From the NCBI GenBank assembly GCA_030390025.1, contig CM059425.1, positions 162,938,001-163,002,000 of the forward strand: 64,000 bases of DNA, read 5' to 3'. The notes below the pieces were generated by a model. The model saw only the letters and a program-made list of their open reading frames with translations. It was not told the origin of the DNA and made no database searches. Each line of letters begins with the position of its first letter. Position 1 is the first letter of the stretch. This document shows positions 10,279-23,832 of this stretch, in pieces. This DNA comes from Squalus acanthias. Lineage: Eukaryota. Made by a program: the position numbers and the translations under genes.

Positions 10279-12140
10279 GACGAGTACTCCTGCGCTTCCT
10301 GAGCAAACAAATTTCCAAATCTTGCCTTTGGGTGGTGGCAGCTAAAAAATCCTGAGCAGCGCAGAATCCCAATGCGTGTCCCGCTCATCAGTGACCAATT
10401 TGTCAAAAGGTTTCTTTAATAGGCGTTGGGCCCCTAATTTACATATTCAAGCTTCTAACGCTTGTTTTAGGTGTCCGTCTTGGACACCTAAAGAATGGGC
10501 CCCACAAATTTGACAGTAGGACCAACACCTGCGCAGATTGGGTGCAGGACGTGCAGCTGCTAAGTTGGTATACATTGCATCTATTTTATGCCCAAAAAAC
10601 AGGTGCAACACATACCAAATTATACCTTAAATTGTTTCTACTTACTTGTTAATTTTGAGGTGAATAAATGAAGCAATTTTATTTTTTATCTCAAGTGTGA
10701 ATCTGATTTGTGCATCCATTGGTCCTATTAGCCCACTGGGTAATATTTTCCACTTGTTCTTTCCAAAAACAGCATTTTTTTATATCTGTAATAATAAAAT
10801 CAGTGCCAAATTGGTAACAATTGCAAATTCCATTGAGTCTTTTGCTCACTTTACATTTTGGAGTATTTACTTTTGTTGATACTGAAACCTGTGTAGCATT
10901 TAGTTTAAAAAAGTGTCGTTATTTATAACAATTGCATTGCTGATTTAAATTGAGATAGAATCAAAATCTAATGCCACTGGAGTAGTTGCAGGTTATTTTG
11001 ACTGATTCTGAAGAAAGCATTACTTAGGTACTCCCACTAGCCAAAGGGGAAGTATAATGAATGATTCACTTAACATGGCTCCAGTAAATAATTCAACATG
11101 CCACACAACATTATGTCATTTAACTGAAGTTAGGATGCGATGGGATGAGACAGGTGGACTGAAGGGGAGGCAAGTAGTTGATAGAGGAAAAAGGCCATTG
11201 ACTGATTTTCCAAAATTATTGTTGCTAGCAGTGGGCCTGCCCAAAGGGTTATAGGCAAATTCACCAGAAAGGAACATTTTAATTTTTGTAGTACATTATT
11301 GTTTGAGATTTATACAATGATCACGTTAAGTGTGTTTAAAGACTTATCAACAATGAAATGAAATTAATACAAAAAAGTTACACTTAGCTACATCAGTACA
11401 TTATATTTTACGAGATTTATACCATCACCAAGTTTGATAGGTTTTGAGATTTATAAAATCACCAAAATGAATTAATGAATTAATTTAAGGATCTGAAAAG
11501 AATATTTTCCTCTTATTCTGACCCCGAGCTGCACATTTATGAGGCTGCTGCTATTGTTTCGCATATCCAAACCGACCTATTAAAGGGTGAGCTGCACCTC
11601 AAGGATGTGAATGCACCTCATTCACGGCCACGGCAACAGTCAAAGAAACTAACACCTCCACACATCTCTGAAAAAATTCAAATGTATTAATTGTAAAATA
11701 CGCCTACAATGCAGGTTGCAGTCCAATGAATAGTATAGTGGACTTGCACTATAGTTTTTTTTCCTTCTGGCTTAATCATGTGTAAGGAAATCTCTTAAAC
11801 TCAATTAAATGATTCCTCATGATTCAGGCTCGAGCGTATTGTCCATATGCAAGTTTATTACTCAGACACCAATAGTATAATAACCATTATGATTACACAA
11901 CCTGATTTCCTGCAGACCCAAGGTAATCAAACTTGGCCTCCGTAGGTGTTGGAATTCCGACCGTCCCGTCAGCTCTAACTCAAGAAGACTGTTACCTGTT
12001 CTTTGTATCCCCCTTTTTTGTGAGCCATATCACATGATGCCCAGAATGTATATTGAAGCGAGGTTCCTTCTCGCCAGACCTCCAGACTTGACATAATAGC
12101 CATCTTGATGGTTTAACTGTTACAGTTCAACCTGATATAT

Positions 12141-13757
12141 AGTCATAGAGTCATAACGGCACAGAAGGAGGCCATTCGGCCCATCGAGTCCGTGCCGGCT
12201 CTCTGTAGAGCAATCCAGTCAGTCCCATTCCCCCGCTCTCTCCCCGTAGCCCTGCAAGTTTATTTCCCTCAAGTGCCTATCCAGTCTCCCCTGGAAAACA
12301 TTGAGGGGGAGAAATTCGGTATCGCCCCGTTTGGGGCGCAATCATCAGCCGGGCACAAAGTTTAGCACCTGGCACTAATTATCGCCTCCCACTGCCAACT
12401 TGGCTTCTATCACGCCTGGAGGTGATTGGAGCACTAAATCAGGCGCTACACACCTCTCTTAAGGCGCTAACGTCGAGGAGCGAGGCGCTAACTCAAAGCG
12501 CTGGCGAAGCTCATGTGATGTCAGTCAGCAATGGAACACAGACACACTGGCGCCGGCCAGTTCTTAAAGGGGAGGGTCGATCTTGCTCTCCATCCATACC
12601 CTGCTCATTGCAGCCTTGAATCTCAGCCTGGAGAGGCCTATACATCAATTCTGCTGGAAAGAACAATGGAGGCGCCCAGGGAAAGAGCTCAGAGTGCAGA
12701 CCCCATAGTCTCTTCTAAATCGATGCAAGGAAGGTCAAATCAAAATGAACCTGCAAAGTGCTGCTCAGTACCCAAAACTCCTTCACACAGCGTTGAATCT
12801 CTCCAGAAGTCTCTATCTCTCTCTCTCTCTCTCAGAATGCGTGGTGCAAAACTGTGGCCGACAAAAAAAGTCAGGAAGCGGTCGCCTTTAAATAGCGCTC
12901 CCCCAGTCCCTTCCCGACTGCAAAATCTTCCCCTCAACCTATCGTTGCTCGCGGCAGGCGGTAAGGCAGGGGGCGCCGCTCAATATCCGGTCCGGTGCGC
13001 TACCGGGGCATTGCACGCTCGACTGATGTCACGATCTGCGGGCGCAGGAGATTGTGGCGGTAGTGTTTAGTGCCGCCGCAAGATGTCTGGTCAATTTCGC
13101 GAGCGGCGCAAACATCGCCGCGCCTGGGCACTAGTTGCTTTGCGCCCCATTAGCACCCTCTTAGGGCACTAACGGGAGGCGCAAAGCAACCAAATTTTTC
13201 CCCGAGTGTCTTCGCTTCTACCACTTCCGTCGACAGCGAATTCCAGGTCATCACCACTCGCCACATAAAAAATGTTTTCCTCACATCCCCCCTGTATCTC
13301 TTGCCCAAAACCTTAAATCTGTGTCCCCTAGTCCTTGTACCATCAACTAGTGGGAACAGCCTTTCCCCGTCTAGCCTATCCAAACCCGTCATAATCTTGT
13401 ACACCTGTATCAAATCACCCCGCAACCTCCTTTGCTCTAATGAAAACAAATCCAGCTTCTCCAACCTGTCCTTGTAGCTAAGATCCTCCATCTCCGGAAC
13501 CATTCTGGTAAATCTCCTCTGCACCCTCTCAAGTGCCTTCACATCCTTCCTAAAGTGTGGTGACCAGAACTGGATGCAATACTCCAGTTGTGGCCTAACC
13601 AGCGCTTTATAAAGGTTCAGCATAACTTCGCTACTTTTGTGCTCAATACCTCTATTTATGAAGCCCAAGATCCCATATGCTTTGTGAACCACTCTCTCAA
13701 TATGTCCCACCACCTTCAGGGACCAAAGCACATTAACTCCCAGATCCCTGTGCCATG
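12141..13757 (-). mobile_element. CR1 LINE 3' fragment, split by Harbinger derivative 12306-13203
   Basis: RT C-terminal region in ORF 13150..14040 (RDLGV..KAYGILGFINRGIE..YKALVRPQLEYCIQFWSPH..LERVQRRFTRM); very similar to 54389-54812. Confidence 0.9.
12306..13203 (+). mobile_element. Non-autonomous Harbinger internal-deletion derivative
   Basis: GGGGAGAAATT / AATTTTTCCCC termini; GAG duplicated, with empty site AAAACATTGAGTGTC seen in the sister CR1 near 54650. Left part is homologous to the Myb-gene promoter and start, right part to the transposase promoter of 36439-40530. Confidence 0.85.
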
Positions 13758-13764
13758 TGCAACA

Positions 13765-14737
13765 ATGTCCAAAATCGCAGTCGTGCGTCAAATCAGGAAT
13801 TGCACGCCGATTGGCGTCACGATCTGCACATTTACATTGGAGAGGCAAGCGCAGGCAATGGCAGCACTGCCAACCTCTCCAAAATGATGGCTGCCGTGTT
13901 CTGTGCTGAAAGCGGGCGGAAGCCATTTTTTCAAGAAAATCGGCCTTAACGGCTGGAACTACAAGATCGAATTTCACGGTCATCGGCCATAAAAAACCCA
14001 GTTTAGGAATTGGATCGCACTGCGCCCGTTTTACAAACATAAAAGGACCGCCTAAGGATCTAATATGATGGTGTGTGCATGCTTATTCTGCACTGGAAGT
14101 GTGTCGCCTGCTATATTGGTTAGGGCTCATCCATAGGCGTCCAGGGCATGTGGCTGAAACTGGCATTAAGCCGACTGCATATGTAACACCCTTTTCAAAC
14201 CCCTTTGCAAATTGGACTGCGAATGGCTGCAGTATATGCCGTGCATGCTGCGGTCAGTTTCTTCAGGTGCTCAGCAGCCAAATTAGCGATGCTTAAAGGG
14301 ACCACTGGAGGCTGCCACCCGAAAGATATATTTTAAATGTTTTGCTTATCTTATTGTGGAGCGAGGAGAAGCAGGAGTGTTCCCCCCCGCTGCTCCACGT
14401 TAAAACTGTAGGCCACTGCCGACCACCGCTCATCCCTTCACGATTGTCTTACACCTCCCCCCCAGACTCTGCTGAGGCACTTGACCGGTGTCCGAACAGG
14501 CCGATCTTGCTGGCCCCCATGACTGGCGAGCTGCCTCTGTGGCAGCAAATGGCACCCACAGCTCAATAATGAGGTCAGCGGATGAATTTCCCGTGTTGCT
14601 GCCACCAGCCTCATTGGATGCGTACAGCGTGTGCTGCGCCACGATTGGACGCTGCTCCACGATTGGACGCTGCACCACCATTGGACGCTGCACCACCATT
14701 GTGCCTCAATTTGGGCAAGATCCAATTTCTAGGCCCC
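13765..14737. mobile_element. Decayed GC-rich non-autonomous DNA transposon (MITE-like)
   Basis: Right terminus AATTTCTAGGCCC resembles that of the 8900-9662 family; CpG-rich; left end unclear. Confidence 0.5.
14633..14701 (+). repeat. 18-bp tandem repeat, ~3.8 copies (GCTGCNCCACSATTGGAC)
   Basis: gctgcgccacgattggac gctgctccacgattggac gctgcaccaccattggac gctgcaccaccattg. Confidence 0.9.
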
Positions 14738-14869
14738 CGTGTTCACTGAGAAAAATCTGTGCGCAAGAATTTCTGATGGCTCTGACCATTTCCATTTGAC
14801 TGATAAATACAAGCAACATTTACAACTTCACAATTGATCAGCCGTTGATTGATTTCACAAGATCACAAT

Positions 14870-15330
14870 TTAATTACAGATGAGAAAATCTCTGCAGCCC
14901 TTCCTCATAGGTCAGTCCTTTGACACTACAGGTCAGCCTCATGGCTCCTCTCTGCATTGCCTCGAGCACTTGAATGTCTCTCTTGTGTGTCGGTGACAGA
15001 ACTGAACGCAATACTCAAGGTGCAGTCTGACCAGGGCACTATACAGTTTGGTCATGTCTTCCTCGGACTTTTATTCTGCCGTTCTGACTATGCAGTTCAA
15101 CATTCTACTGCTTTTTCAGTGGTGTGACATCTTAACCCTCAGGTCTCTTTCGTTTTTGTCCTTGCGATTTCAACACCATTCATGGACTATGTGTGTTGCT
15201 CCCTTTTATTTCTCTGATGTGCAATAGTTTGCACTTGTCAGTATTAAATTTCATCTGTCATTGTTCTGCCCACTCACATATTTTATCCAACTATTCTGCA
15301 ATTTCTGAGCTGCCCCCTCCAAAATTTGTC
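14870..15330 (-). mobile_element. Old CR1 RT fragment
   Basis: Reverse complement gives ..LYSALVRLHLEYCVQF.. and WAEQ.QMKFNTDKCKL. Confidence 0.7.
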
Positions 15331-15639
15331 AACCATTTCTGCCGTTTTAATACTCAATGACCAACTTTTGTGATGTAACGGCTCAGGGTGGTTTATACAG
15401 TAACCTCTTGCTAAAATCATAACTTTGGTTGTGATAAATTGACACAATGGTAAAATTAGACAGCACATAGGTGACATTACGAGTTTCTGGTTGCGTGATT
15501 AGGATATTCATCATATTCATGATAACAGCAAATCTCATTTGAGGCTTCAAACATGGGAGCATCATATTTAATCCCTCATATACTCACTTGCTCTTGGTAA
15601 ATCTGGTGCTAATTTAAAATAAATCAATATTTGAGGGAA

Positions 15640-15690
15640 CTGGCTGATGCAGTGGGTTAGCACCTCTGTGAGCTGGGTTTGAATCCACCA
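15640..15690 (+). mobile_element. Possible tRNA-derived SINE head
   Basis: A-box-like TGGCTGATGCAGTGG and B-box-like GGTTTGAATCC. Confidence 0.35.
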
Positions 15691-16839
15691 CAGAATGATG
15701 GGAAGGAAATCTGCCCTCCTTGTTATCTGTAAGGAACTCAAGTGACATTATGTTTGGAAAGCTGAATCCACAACACAATGTTTCCCACAAACTGACAATC
15801 TCTCACAGATAGTAAGAATATCTTAGTCTGTAAAGTGGGCATTTTCACATTAACGCACAGTGGGGAAGGGGCAGCCTTTTGACACTGGGACTAAAGCACG
15901 TTATTAGGGCACAGTTGAGGAAGCTATCCAGCCTGGGAGTGCTTAATGCTGATACTGGGTGCTCACGGAAAAGTGCTCCATTCCCCAGAGCTAGTATCCC
16001 TCTACCTGAGGAGCAAAAAAAAAATCCCAATGAAAACTAAATTTAAGATAACTCAACATTTGTTGACAATTGAATTTGATAAACTTGTTAATACATATAA
16101 ACAGGGCATACAATTGCAAATTCCACTTTTGTTAACTGCATTGCTATTCTTGACAAATTAGCTTTTTTAATGTTCTCCTGTATAAAACTCCATTGTGTAT
16201 TGTGATGGGGTATGTAAACTAGCTTTATTATGTTACTACAGTGATATTTGTACCTACAGCTGTATAATTGACTGCTGCGACAGCAACGCTCTGCCACTTA
16301 GCACAGTTGTGCTTAATTTCTTTTTTATCTCATTGCTTAGTTGTGTTTTCCCCCTTTTTAGTTCCCACCCCAAGCTATGCATCATTTCTTGGCTAAGAAG
16401 GTGAACAGACAACAGATCTGCTGCTAGATCTTTTACCAGTGCCACTCTAACAGTGCACAATAATTCACCTCCTGAAAATCACCTAGCCTCTGCTAAGGAT
16501 TTCCCCCGCAGGGAGTCCGAGATTGCAAACATACAATGTAGAGAATCACAAATTTATTTCTGTACACTGGTGTGAACCAATGTGCCATTTCACTGAACTG
16601 CCCGACTCTTATCTGGAGCCATGGAAAGGCAAGCAAATAAACTGAAGAGCAACAACTGCATTAAAAGCTGGCCGTACAGTCAGCCTGATTAATAACTGTT
16701 TATCTAGAAGCAGTCAGTTTGTCTCAAAGCCAACAGGATTCCATTTAATTAAGCCCCTCCACCCCATTCATCTTATTCATCAGCTACCAATGTGAACTAA
16801 AATGCAGATTACTTGTGTTGATTCTTCAGCATACAACTG

Positions 16840-17742
16840 AACAACAACTTGCATTTATATAGCGCCTTTAACATAGCAAAACATCCCAAGGCCCTTCACA
16901 GGAGCGTTATCAAGCAACATTTGACACTGAGCTACATAAGGAGATATTAGGACAGATGACCAAAAGCTTGGACAAAGAGGTAGGTTTGAAGGAGTACCTT
17001 AAAGGAGGATAAAGAGGTAGAGAGGCAGAGAGGTTTAGGGAGGGAGAGCTTAGGGCCTTGGCAGCTGAAGGCACAGCCACCAATGGTGGAGCAAAGGAAA
17101 TCGGGAATGCGCAAGAGGCCAGAATTGGAGGAGATCAGAGTTCCTGGAGGGTTGAAGTGTCACTATACTTGCAATTGGGACACAGCAGTTCAGGAGTTAG
17201 ATATATCAAGAAGGAGTTAGATATATTTCTTAAGGCTAAGGGGATCAAGGGATATGGGGAGAAAGCAGGGACAGGGTACTGAATTTGGATGATCAGCCAT
17301 GATCGCATTGAATGGCGGAGCAGGCTCGAGGGGCCGAATGGCCTACTCCTGCTCCTATCTTCTATGTTTCTATGTCTATGTTTCTATGTCTCTGTAAAGA
17401 GAAACTTCAGTCTCAAACAGAAACCAGCTTCATGGTGGCTCCTAACAACGACGCCTTTAGTCGAGTTCTAAAAACAATAACAACAACAACTTGTATTTAT
17501 ATAGCACCTTTGACGTAGTAAGACGTCCCAAGGCGCTTCACAGGAGCGTTATAAAACAAAATCGAGCCACATAAGAAGATATTAGGGCAGATGACCAAAA
17601 GCTTGGTTAAAGAGGTAGGTTTTAAGGAACGTCGGAAAGGAGGAAAGAGAGGTAGAGAGATGGAAAGGTTTAGGGAGGAAATTCCAGAGCTTAGGGCCTT
17701 GGCAGCTGAAGGCAAGGCCACCAATGGTTGAGTGATTAAAAT
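16840..17742. mobile_element. Cluster: two L2 3' fragments (minus; ~16840-17140 and ~17475-17742) and a CR1 3' tail (plus; ~17205-17390)
   Basis: (CAA)n-CTTGCATTTATATAGC L2 tails; CR1 3' UTR GGGCCGAATGGCCTACTCCTGCTCC followed by (TTTCTATG)n. Confidence 0.8.
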
Positions 17743-17852
17743 AAGATTTGATGTCAATATTAAAATAAAGAATTGATGAATTTCTGACTGTCTGACCCTT
17801 TGTGTTGCCCACTGGCATAGGAAAGGTCCTTCCAGTTAAGAAGCCATTGTAG

Positions 17853-18082
17853 TATGCTGGAAATCTGAAATAAAGCGAGAAAATGCTAGAAACACTCAGC
17901 AGGTCAGGCAGCATCTGTGGAGAGAACAGACAAGTTAACGTTTCAGATGTGCATCCTTTTACAGAACTGCATTTGGTGGACACTTCATCAGTTCTGATGA
18001 AAGTTCCACAATTGAAAATATCTCCGTTCTCTCCACAGATGCTGCCTGGCCTGTTGAGTGATTCCAGCATTTTCTGTTTTTG
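17853..18082. mobile_element. Decayed palindromic Penelope-derived insert (same family as 63663-63824) with degenerate hammerhead cores
   Basis: Inverted arms AAAATGCT.GAAACACTCAGCAGGTCAGGCAGCATCTGTGGAGAG / CTCTCCACAGATGCTGCCTGGCCTG.TGAGTG.TTCCAGCATTTT; internal GTTAACGTTTCAG and GTTCTGATGAAAG. Confidence 0.75.
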
Positions 18083-19984
18083 TACAATGGCTGCTCTTGA
18101 TCCATGGGTTTCACACCCACCACCCCTCGATCCTATGCTGCTCCAGTGGATCCACTGGTACACACTGCCAACACCTGAGCCCACGACACACCTCGCTGGA
18201 CCCTGGGATCAACCTCTGCTGACTTATGGTTAGGACAACTGCCACCAGCACCTCAGCTGATATTCTACCCTTTGAACAGCTCCTGGATCCATCCCTTATC
18301 TACTACTGACTCTGGACCTGAACATTGGTCAGTGGCTGCTGGCTCCACGCTGTCTGTAAGTGGCCCTCAGAATTTAACTTTGGACTGTTTTCATATCATC
18401 TCCTCCCTGTCCTCTGCTTCTGACCATGACATGTTTCACCTAATCTTTACCATGGCAATGTAACCCAAATTCCCTTTGTGTCCATTCATGTATGTATTTT
18501 GGCTGCTACTCCAAATCCAAGCCCAGTACATCTACCTCTCTTTAATTTTGGCCCCTCTTGGGCTCTTCTCTCCTCCTTTGCCCCTCAATCTGGTATGTCA
18601 CCTTGCAGCTCTCCATGTTCGGGTACTTTGCACCACCAATTCCAACCCCAACCAATCACTACTCTTCTGTCTTCATTCTTTCCTGCCACTGTTTCACACT
18701 CGAATCCCTCTTGAGCAAGCCCACAGCTACCCTTTGTGCCTGTCCTAGCATTCTCTGACTGACCAATAGTGACACCCATAATTGCCTCTTCAAGAGTAGT
18801 TACCCCAACCTCCCCATCCAGAGTGTCCACTGAATCATGAAGAAGGTCCTTGCCATCCATAACCTTATTATAGATGATCGTATTGACATCCTGGTAATGA
18901 CAGAAACTTTGCTCATGGGTGGCGACACATTCCCCCTTACCAAAGCCTCCCTTCTTGGCTATACTTCCACTACATGCCCCAGCCAAACTGCCGCAGCGGC
19001 AGTGTAGCCGTTATCATCAAATCAAACCTTATCCTCTCCTCTGGCATCTGCTGCTCCTTTGAGCATCTCACCCTGGTTCATCCACCTCGCCTTTAAAATC
19101 CCCGTTGTCTACTGGCCTCCAAGCCCCATACTGCATTTTGCTTCTGTATTTCCCTCACTATTCCACCAAAGATACGGCTGGAGATCGACGAATCCTCACA
19201 GAAATTTTACCTGGCATCTGCAGTTGTTTTGCTTTTTGCTTATACAGTTGAATTCACTACCACTTCTCTTCCAGGAACAGAAGTTCGGTTAGTCTCTCTG
19301 ATGTGATTTTCTTTTTTCTCTTTCACTCTGTTCATCTTCATTGTTATTCTTTTCTCTTCTTGTTCTTGATCATATATTTACTAAGACCCACTTTCACAGC
19401 CACATCTCTTTTCTCAGCACCTGTCTCCAGATCTGATTCAAGCCGCAGCTCAAATTTTGCCCTTCCTCTTTCAGAACCACCCACAACCCACCAACTGTGG
19501 CCAACCTCTCCAGGTGGTTATGAACTGTTTTCTCCCTTGAGCAGAATGCAGATAGTGTAAATGGCCCTTTGTTGTTGTGAGATTCTGTAGAACCCAGGTG
19601 ATGGCAGGCAGACCATAATAAGGTGATGTGAGGTACACAAAACAAACATGTGCATACCAGGTAAAACTGTCATGTAATTGGAGGTGAAAGCTTAGTGTGA
19701 TGCAACAGGTCTCCTAGGAGATTAATGGAAAGCTTTTCAAGAAATACAATACAGTGAGGAAAAGCTGGTTGTAAGTGGTAAACAAATTAATTGCTGGAGT
19801 GTCAGTTTCAAACTTCTTGCTTTGGCTGACCTGGTAAGGTCATTAAACTGTTTGTGGTAATGAGTAGTTATTTGAGGGGTTGTGGGGATGGCAATAACTG
19901 CCAGTGAACCTTGTCCACTGTGTCTGCACTTTACCCTTGGATAGTTTCATGCTGTCTGAGCCTGACAGGGCTTCCTTCCTCTCC

Positions 19985-20115
19985 GAAATTGGCTGCCGCG
20001 TTTCCTACATTACAACAGTGACTCCACTTCAAAAGTACTTAATTGGCTGTAAAGCGCTTTGAGACATCCGGTGGTCATGAAAGGCGCTATATAAATGCAA
20101 GTCTTTCTTTCTTTC
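19985..20115 (+). mobile_element. SINE 3' fragment with L2-derived tail (DeuSINE/AmnSINE1/SacSINE1-like)
   Basis: GGCTGCCGCGTTTCCTACATTACAACAGTGACT.CACTTCAAAAGTACTT.ATTGGCTGTAAAGCGCTTTG...GGCGCTATATAAATGCAAG-(TCTT)n. Confidence 0.65.
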
Positions 20116-20944
20116 AAATCTCGCTGAGGAGAACTTCTGTGGAACCATCTGAGAATGTTTTGGGTTCTGTGTCCTGCACAGATGTTATGCCCAGTACACT
20201 TATGTGCCTTCTTCTCCTCTTCACCTTTTGCTCCCAGTGATGCTGGGCTCTTTACGTTCTGGAGGCATTGAAAGCCTGCAGAAGCTTCTATTTCTTAATC
20301 CGCCACCAGCGAGCTCTCAGTCGGAGGTGTGTATTCCTCCTGGAGGGCTCTTAATCACGTGAAGTGTGCTAGGTCCAGCAATAAGATGACATTAGCAGTG
20401 GCTCTTACAGGCTGGTGGAAGCCCTGCCCCACTGCACTTCAATCAATGTACCTACGAGAAAAATCCAGGTTTTTGAGTGTTTTCATTGTGCCAGCATAAT
20501 ATACCGTACATAGTTAGAATTTTGATTATGTTGTGCAGTACTGTTAAATCAATAAATCTATTGCCTTCAATGTCTCATGAGAAATTTCCCCATCACTTCC
20601 TGTTCTCCAAAGCTGGGACTCACCACTTAGCTTAAATGCTAAAGGAAATTGTCTCTTCTGCTGATGAAGCAGCTAGCCCATTGCACTCCTCGTGCCATTA
20701 GCCTGAAGGCATTTTGCTCCTGTCCTTTATAGCTTTACAACATGACATTAAGTCATGACATTAAAGTAGGACTGCAAATTTTCTATAGCAAGCAGCCAAG
20801 TATTGAGTATGGGCCGCATGAATAACCATTGCCCATATATTTTATTTTTCAATACTTCTAGAATCATAGAATCTTACTGTCCCTGCTGCTCAATAACTCA
20901 GCAAAGAATAAGTAGGCAGACACACATGTACAAGAACTCCTAAA

Positions 20945-21503
20945 GACTTGACTATTCCAACGCTCTCCTAGACAGCCTCCCATCTTCCACCCTCCATAAA
21001 CTTGAGCTTATCCAAAGCTCTGCTGCACATATCCTAACTTGCACCAAGTCCTGTTCACCCATCATCCCTGTGCACGCTGACCTACATTGTCTTCCAGTCT
21101 GGCAACACATCAATTTTAAAATTCCCATTCCTGTTTTCAAATCCCTCCATAGCATTGCCCCACCCTATCTCGGTAATCTCCTCCAGCCCTACAATGCCCC
21201 CCGAGTTCTCTACACTCCTTCAAATCTGGCCTCTTGCGTATCCCCTATTTTCACTGCCCCACCATTAAGCAGCCGTGCCTTCAACTGCCTAGGCCCTAAT
21301 CTCTGGAATTCCCTCCCTAAACCTCTCCACCTACCTCTCTCTCTCCTCCTTAAAACCTACCTCTTTGACCAAGCTTTTGGTCACCTGTCCTAATATCTCC
21401 TTATGTGGCTCGGTGTTAAATTTTGTTTTATAATACTCCTGTGAAGCGCCTTGGGATGTTTTACTACGTTAAAGGTGCTACATAAATGCAAGTTGTTGTT
21501 GTT
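20945..21503 (+). mobile_element. L2 LINE 3' fragment
   Basis: RLDYSNALL.., LHCLPVWQHINFKI..., LWNSLP, LLKTYLF; (GTT)n tail. Confidence 0.85.
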
Positions 21504-21539
21504 CTTTATAAAACCAGTTCTCAAAATCTTGTTGCCCAC

Positions 21540-22685
21540 CTTAGAATCACACAATCTTACAGCACAGCTACCCAATTAGTTCCACTCCCCTGATCTTTCC
21601 CCATAGACCTGCAAATTCTTCCTTTTAAAGTATATATTCAATGCCCTTTTGAAAATTAATATTGAATCTGCTTCCACCACCCTTTCAGGCACAAATCATA
21701 ACGACTCGCTGCGTAAAAAAAAATCTTCATCTCCACTCTTTTTTTTCCATCTGTGCCCTCTGGTTACTTCATCAAAATCCCTCATAATTTTGAACACCTC
21801 TATTAAATCTCCCCATAACATTCTCTACTCTAAGTTGAACAATCCCAGTTTCTCTAGTCTCTCCACGTAACTGAAGTCTTTCATCCCTGGTATTATTGTG
21901 GTAAATCTCCTCTGCACCCTCTCCAAGGCCTTGATATCCTTCCTAAAATGTGGTGCCCAGAATTAGACACAATACTCTATCGGAGGCCTAACCAATGTTT
22001 TATAAAGGTTTAACATAACTTCCTTGCTTCTCATTCTTCCTCCCAATATGCATCACTTCTCTGCATTAAATTTCATTTGCCATGTGTCTTCACATTTCAC
22101 CAATCTGTCTCTGTCCTCCTGAAGTCTGCTACTATCCTTCTTACTGTTTACTACATTTTCAAGTTTTGTGTTATCTACAAACTGTGAAATTATGCCACCT
22201 ATACCCAAGCCCAGGTCATTAATATATATATCAAAAAGAGCAGTGGTCTTAATACCAACCCTTCGTATACCCACTGTATACTTCCCTCTGGTCTGAAAAA
22301 CAACCGTTCACCGCTACTCTCTGCTTTCTATCTCTTGGCCAATTTTGTATCCATGCTGCCACTGCCCCTGTAATCACATGTCTTCAATTTTGCTAACATG
22401 TCTAATTATGTGGCACTTTATCAAACGCCTTTTGAAAGTCCATATACACAATATCAAAAGCCGATTAAAAGTCCATATACACAACATCAACTGCATTACC
22501 TTCACCAACTCTCGCCATTATTCCATCGAAGAACTCATTCACATTTGCCAGACATTTAACAAGCTGTCATTAATTAACCTATTGTTTTCCAAGTGAAAAT
22601 TAATTTTTTCCCGGATTATGGTCTCTAGAAGTTTCCCCACCACCGATGTTAGGCTGACTAGCCCTCTCCCCTTTTTTAAACATAG
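21540..22685 (-). mobile_element. Decayed, internally deleted CR1 fragment
   Basis: ORF 22053..22274 IYINDL..ISQFVDNTKL..LQEDRDRLVK..WQMKFNAEK; homologous to 42700-44050. Confidence 0.85.
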
Positions 22686-23025
22686 CCACTGATAACAGTT
22701 TTACTGAATACTGTGAATAAAAAGAACTGGACTGGAAAACCAGCTGCCTCCTTGTGCCGAATCTGTTTACTCATTAACCAATCAGCTTCTTGTAAGAGTT
22801 CTACCTATCAACCAAAAGCAGATGTACAGTTTATTCTGCATTAACTATTGGCACTCAATAGATATTAGATATAAAATACAAATGGAACTTTAAGAGGTGT
22901 AAGGAAGCACTTCCTATGGCTGTGGGGCAGCAGGCTTGGCCTCTGCTCCAGCTGTTTCTGGCACACCTGGATGAGTTTACTCTAATAGGGAAAAACAGTG
23001 CAATTTCTAGAGAAGACAAGACAAT

Positions 23026-23832
23026 GGGCTGGATTTTACCTGCCGAGACGAGTGGGGGGCGGGACTGCTACCTGCCGTGTTCTAGTCCCGCCCCCAGCGA
23101 CGTCCGACGCACAGACGCTATTTTCCCCTGATGTGCCTTGTTAAGCCCGCCCTGCGGGCTTGCTGACCAATTAAGGGAAAGCCGGTGTCAGATGACGTCA
23201 GTTGATGATGCTTCATCTGCCGGTTTTCTTAAAGGGACATGTACCATTTATTTTTGACAGATGATTTGACAGCATTGAGGTGCTGTCAAACACTGACAAT
23301 CACTGTACAAAGGTGAGCCCTTGCACCCAGGCTCTCCAATGACTTTCTCCTTAGGATAAAACAGATGGCAGCGATCTGTCACTTCTCCCAATGAGGTGAG
23401 GCCACACAAACACTTCAAAGCTCGTCACCTACAGAAAAATCTAAACACATTAAAAATGACTTTCCCAACATTTCCTTACCTCTTACCAGTGTCCCATTGG
23501 ATCCTTCACACCACTTCTGCAGCTGTCATCTATACACAAACATTACAACAGACCCACAGCATGCCTCACATCGGGAAGCCCGCAGCAGAAGTCTCAAAAT
23601 GGGAAAAAGCCTCTCAACTGCCTGTTAACTACCTGTTAACAGGCAGTTAAGTGGCTATAATCCTCTTCCCGCCGCTAAGAGTCGGGTCCCTGCACAAATC
23701 GGGGACCCAACTCCCGGGAAGATTGTTTGGAGGCGGGTTGGGAGCGGGTTCAGGACCCGCTCCAATTCTTTTTGATTTTGCCAGCAGTCCCACCTCCAAA
23801 CCCACCTCCTCAAGGCTGGTAAAATCCAGCCA
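23026..23832. mobile_element. Non-autonomous Harbinger-type MITE, 15-bp TIR
   Basis: GGGCTGGATTTTACC ... GGTAAAATCCAGCCA; TIR type shared with the right end of 26945-30807. Confidence 0.8.

Noticed and set aside
11890..12135. Possible solo LTR or unknown repeat
   Set aside because: No clear TG..CA ends, TSD or second copy in the window.
12531..13070. Similar 179/177-aa ORFs at 12531 and 47902 as a novel gene family
   Set aside because: They are GC-rich MITE sequence spanning a deletion junction; the similarity reflects shared repeat origin.
14633..14701. CRISPR-like array
   Set aside because: No spacers; a simple tandem repeat in eukaryotic DNA.
17930..18030. Functional hammerheads in the 17853-18082 palindrome
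   Set aside because: One core is mutated (CTGTAAA) and the other has lost stem II and helix III.
22436..22490. 23-bp local duplication AAAGTCCATATACACAAYATCAA
   Set aside because: Ordinary slippage or repair duplication inside a dead CR1.
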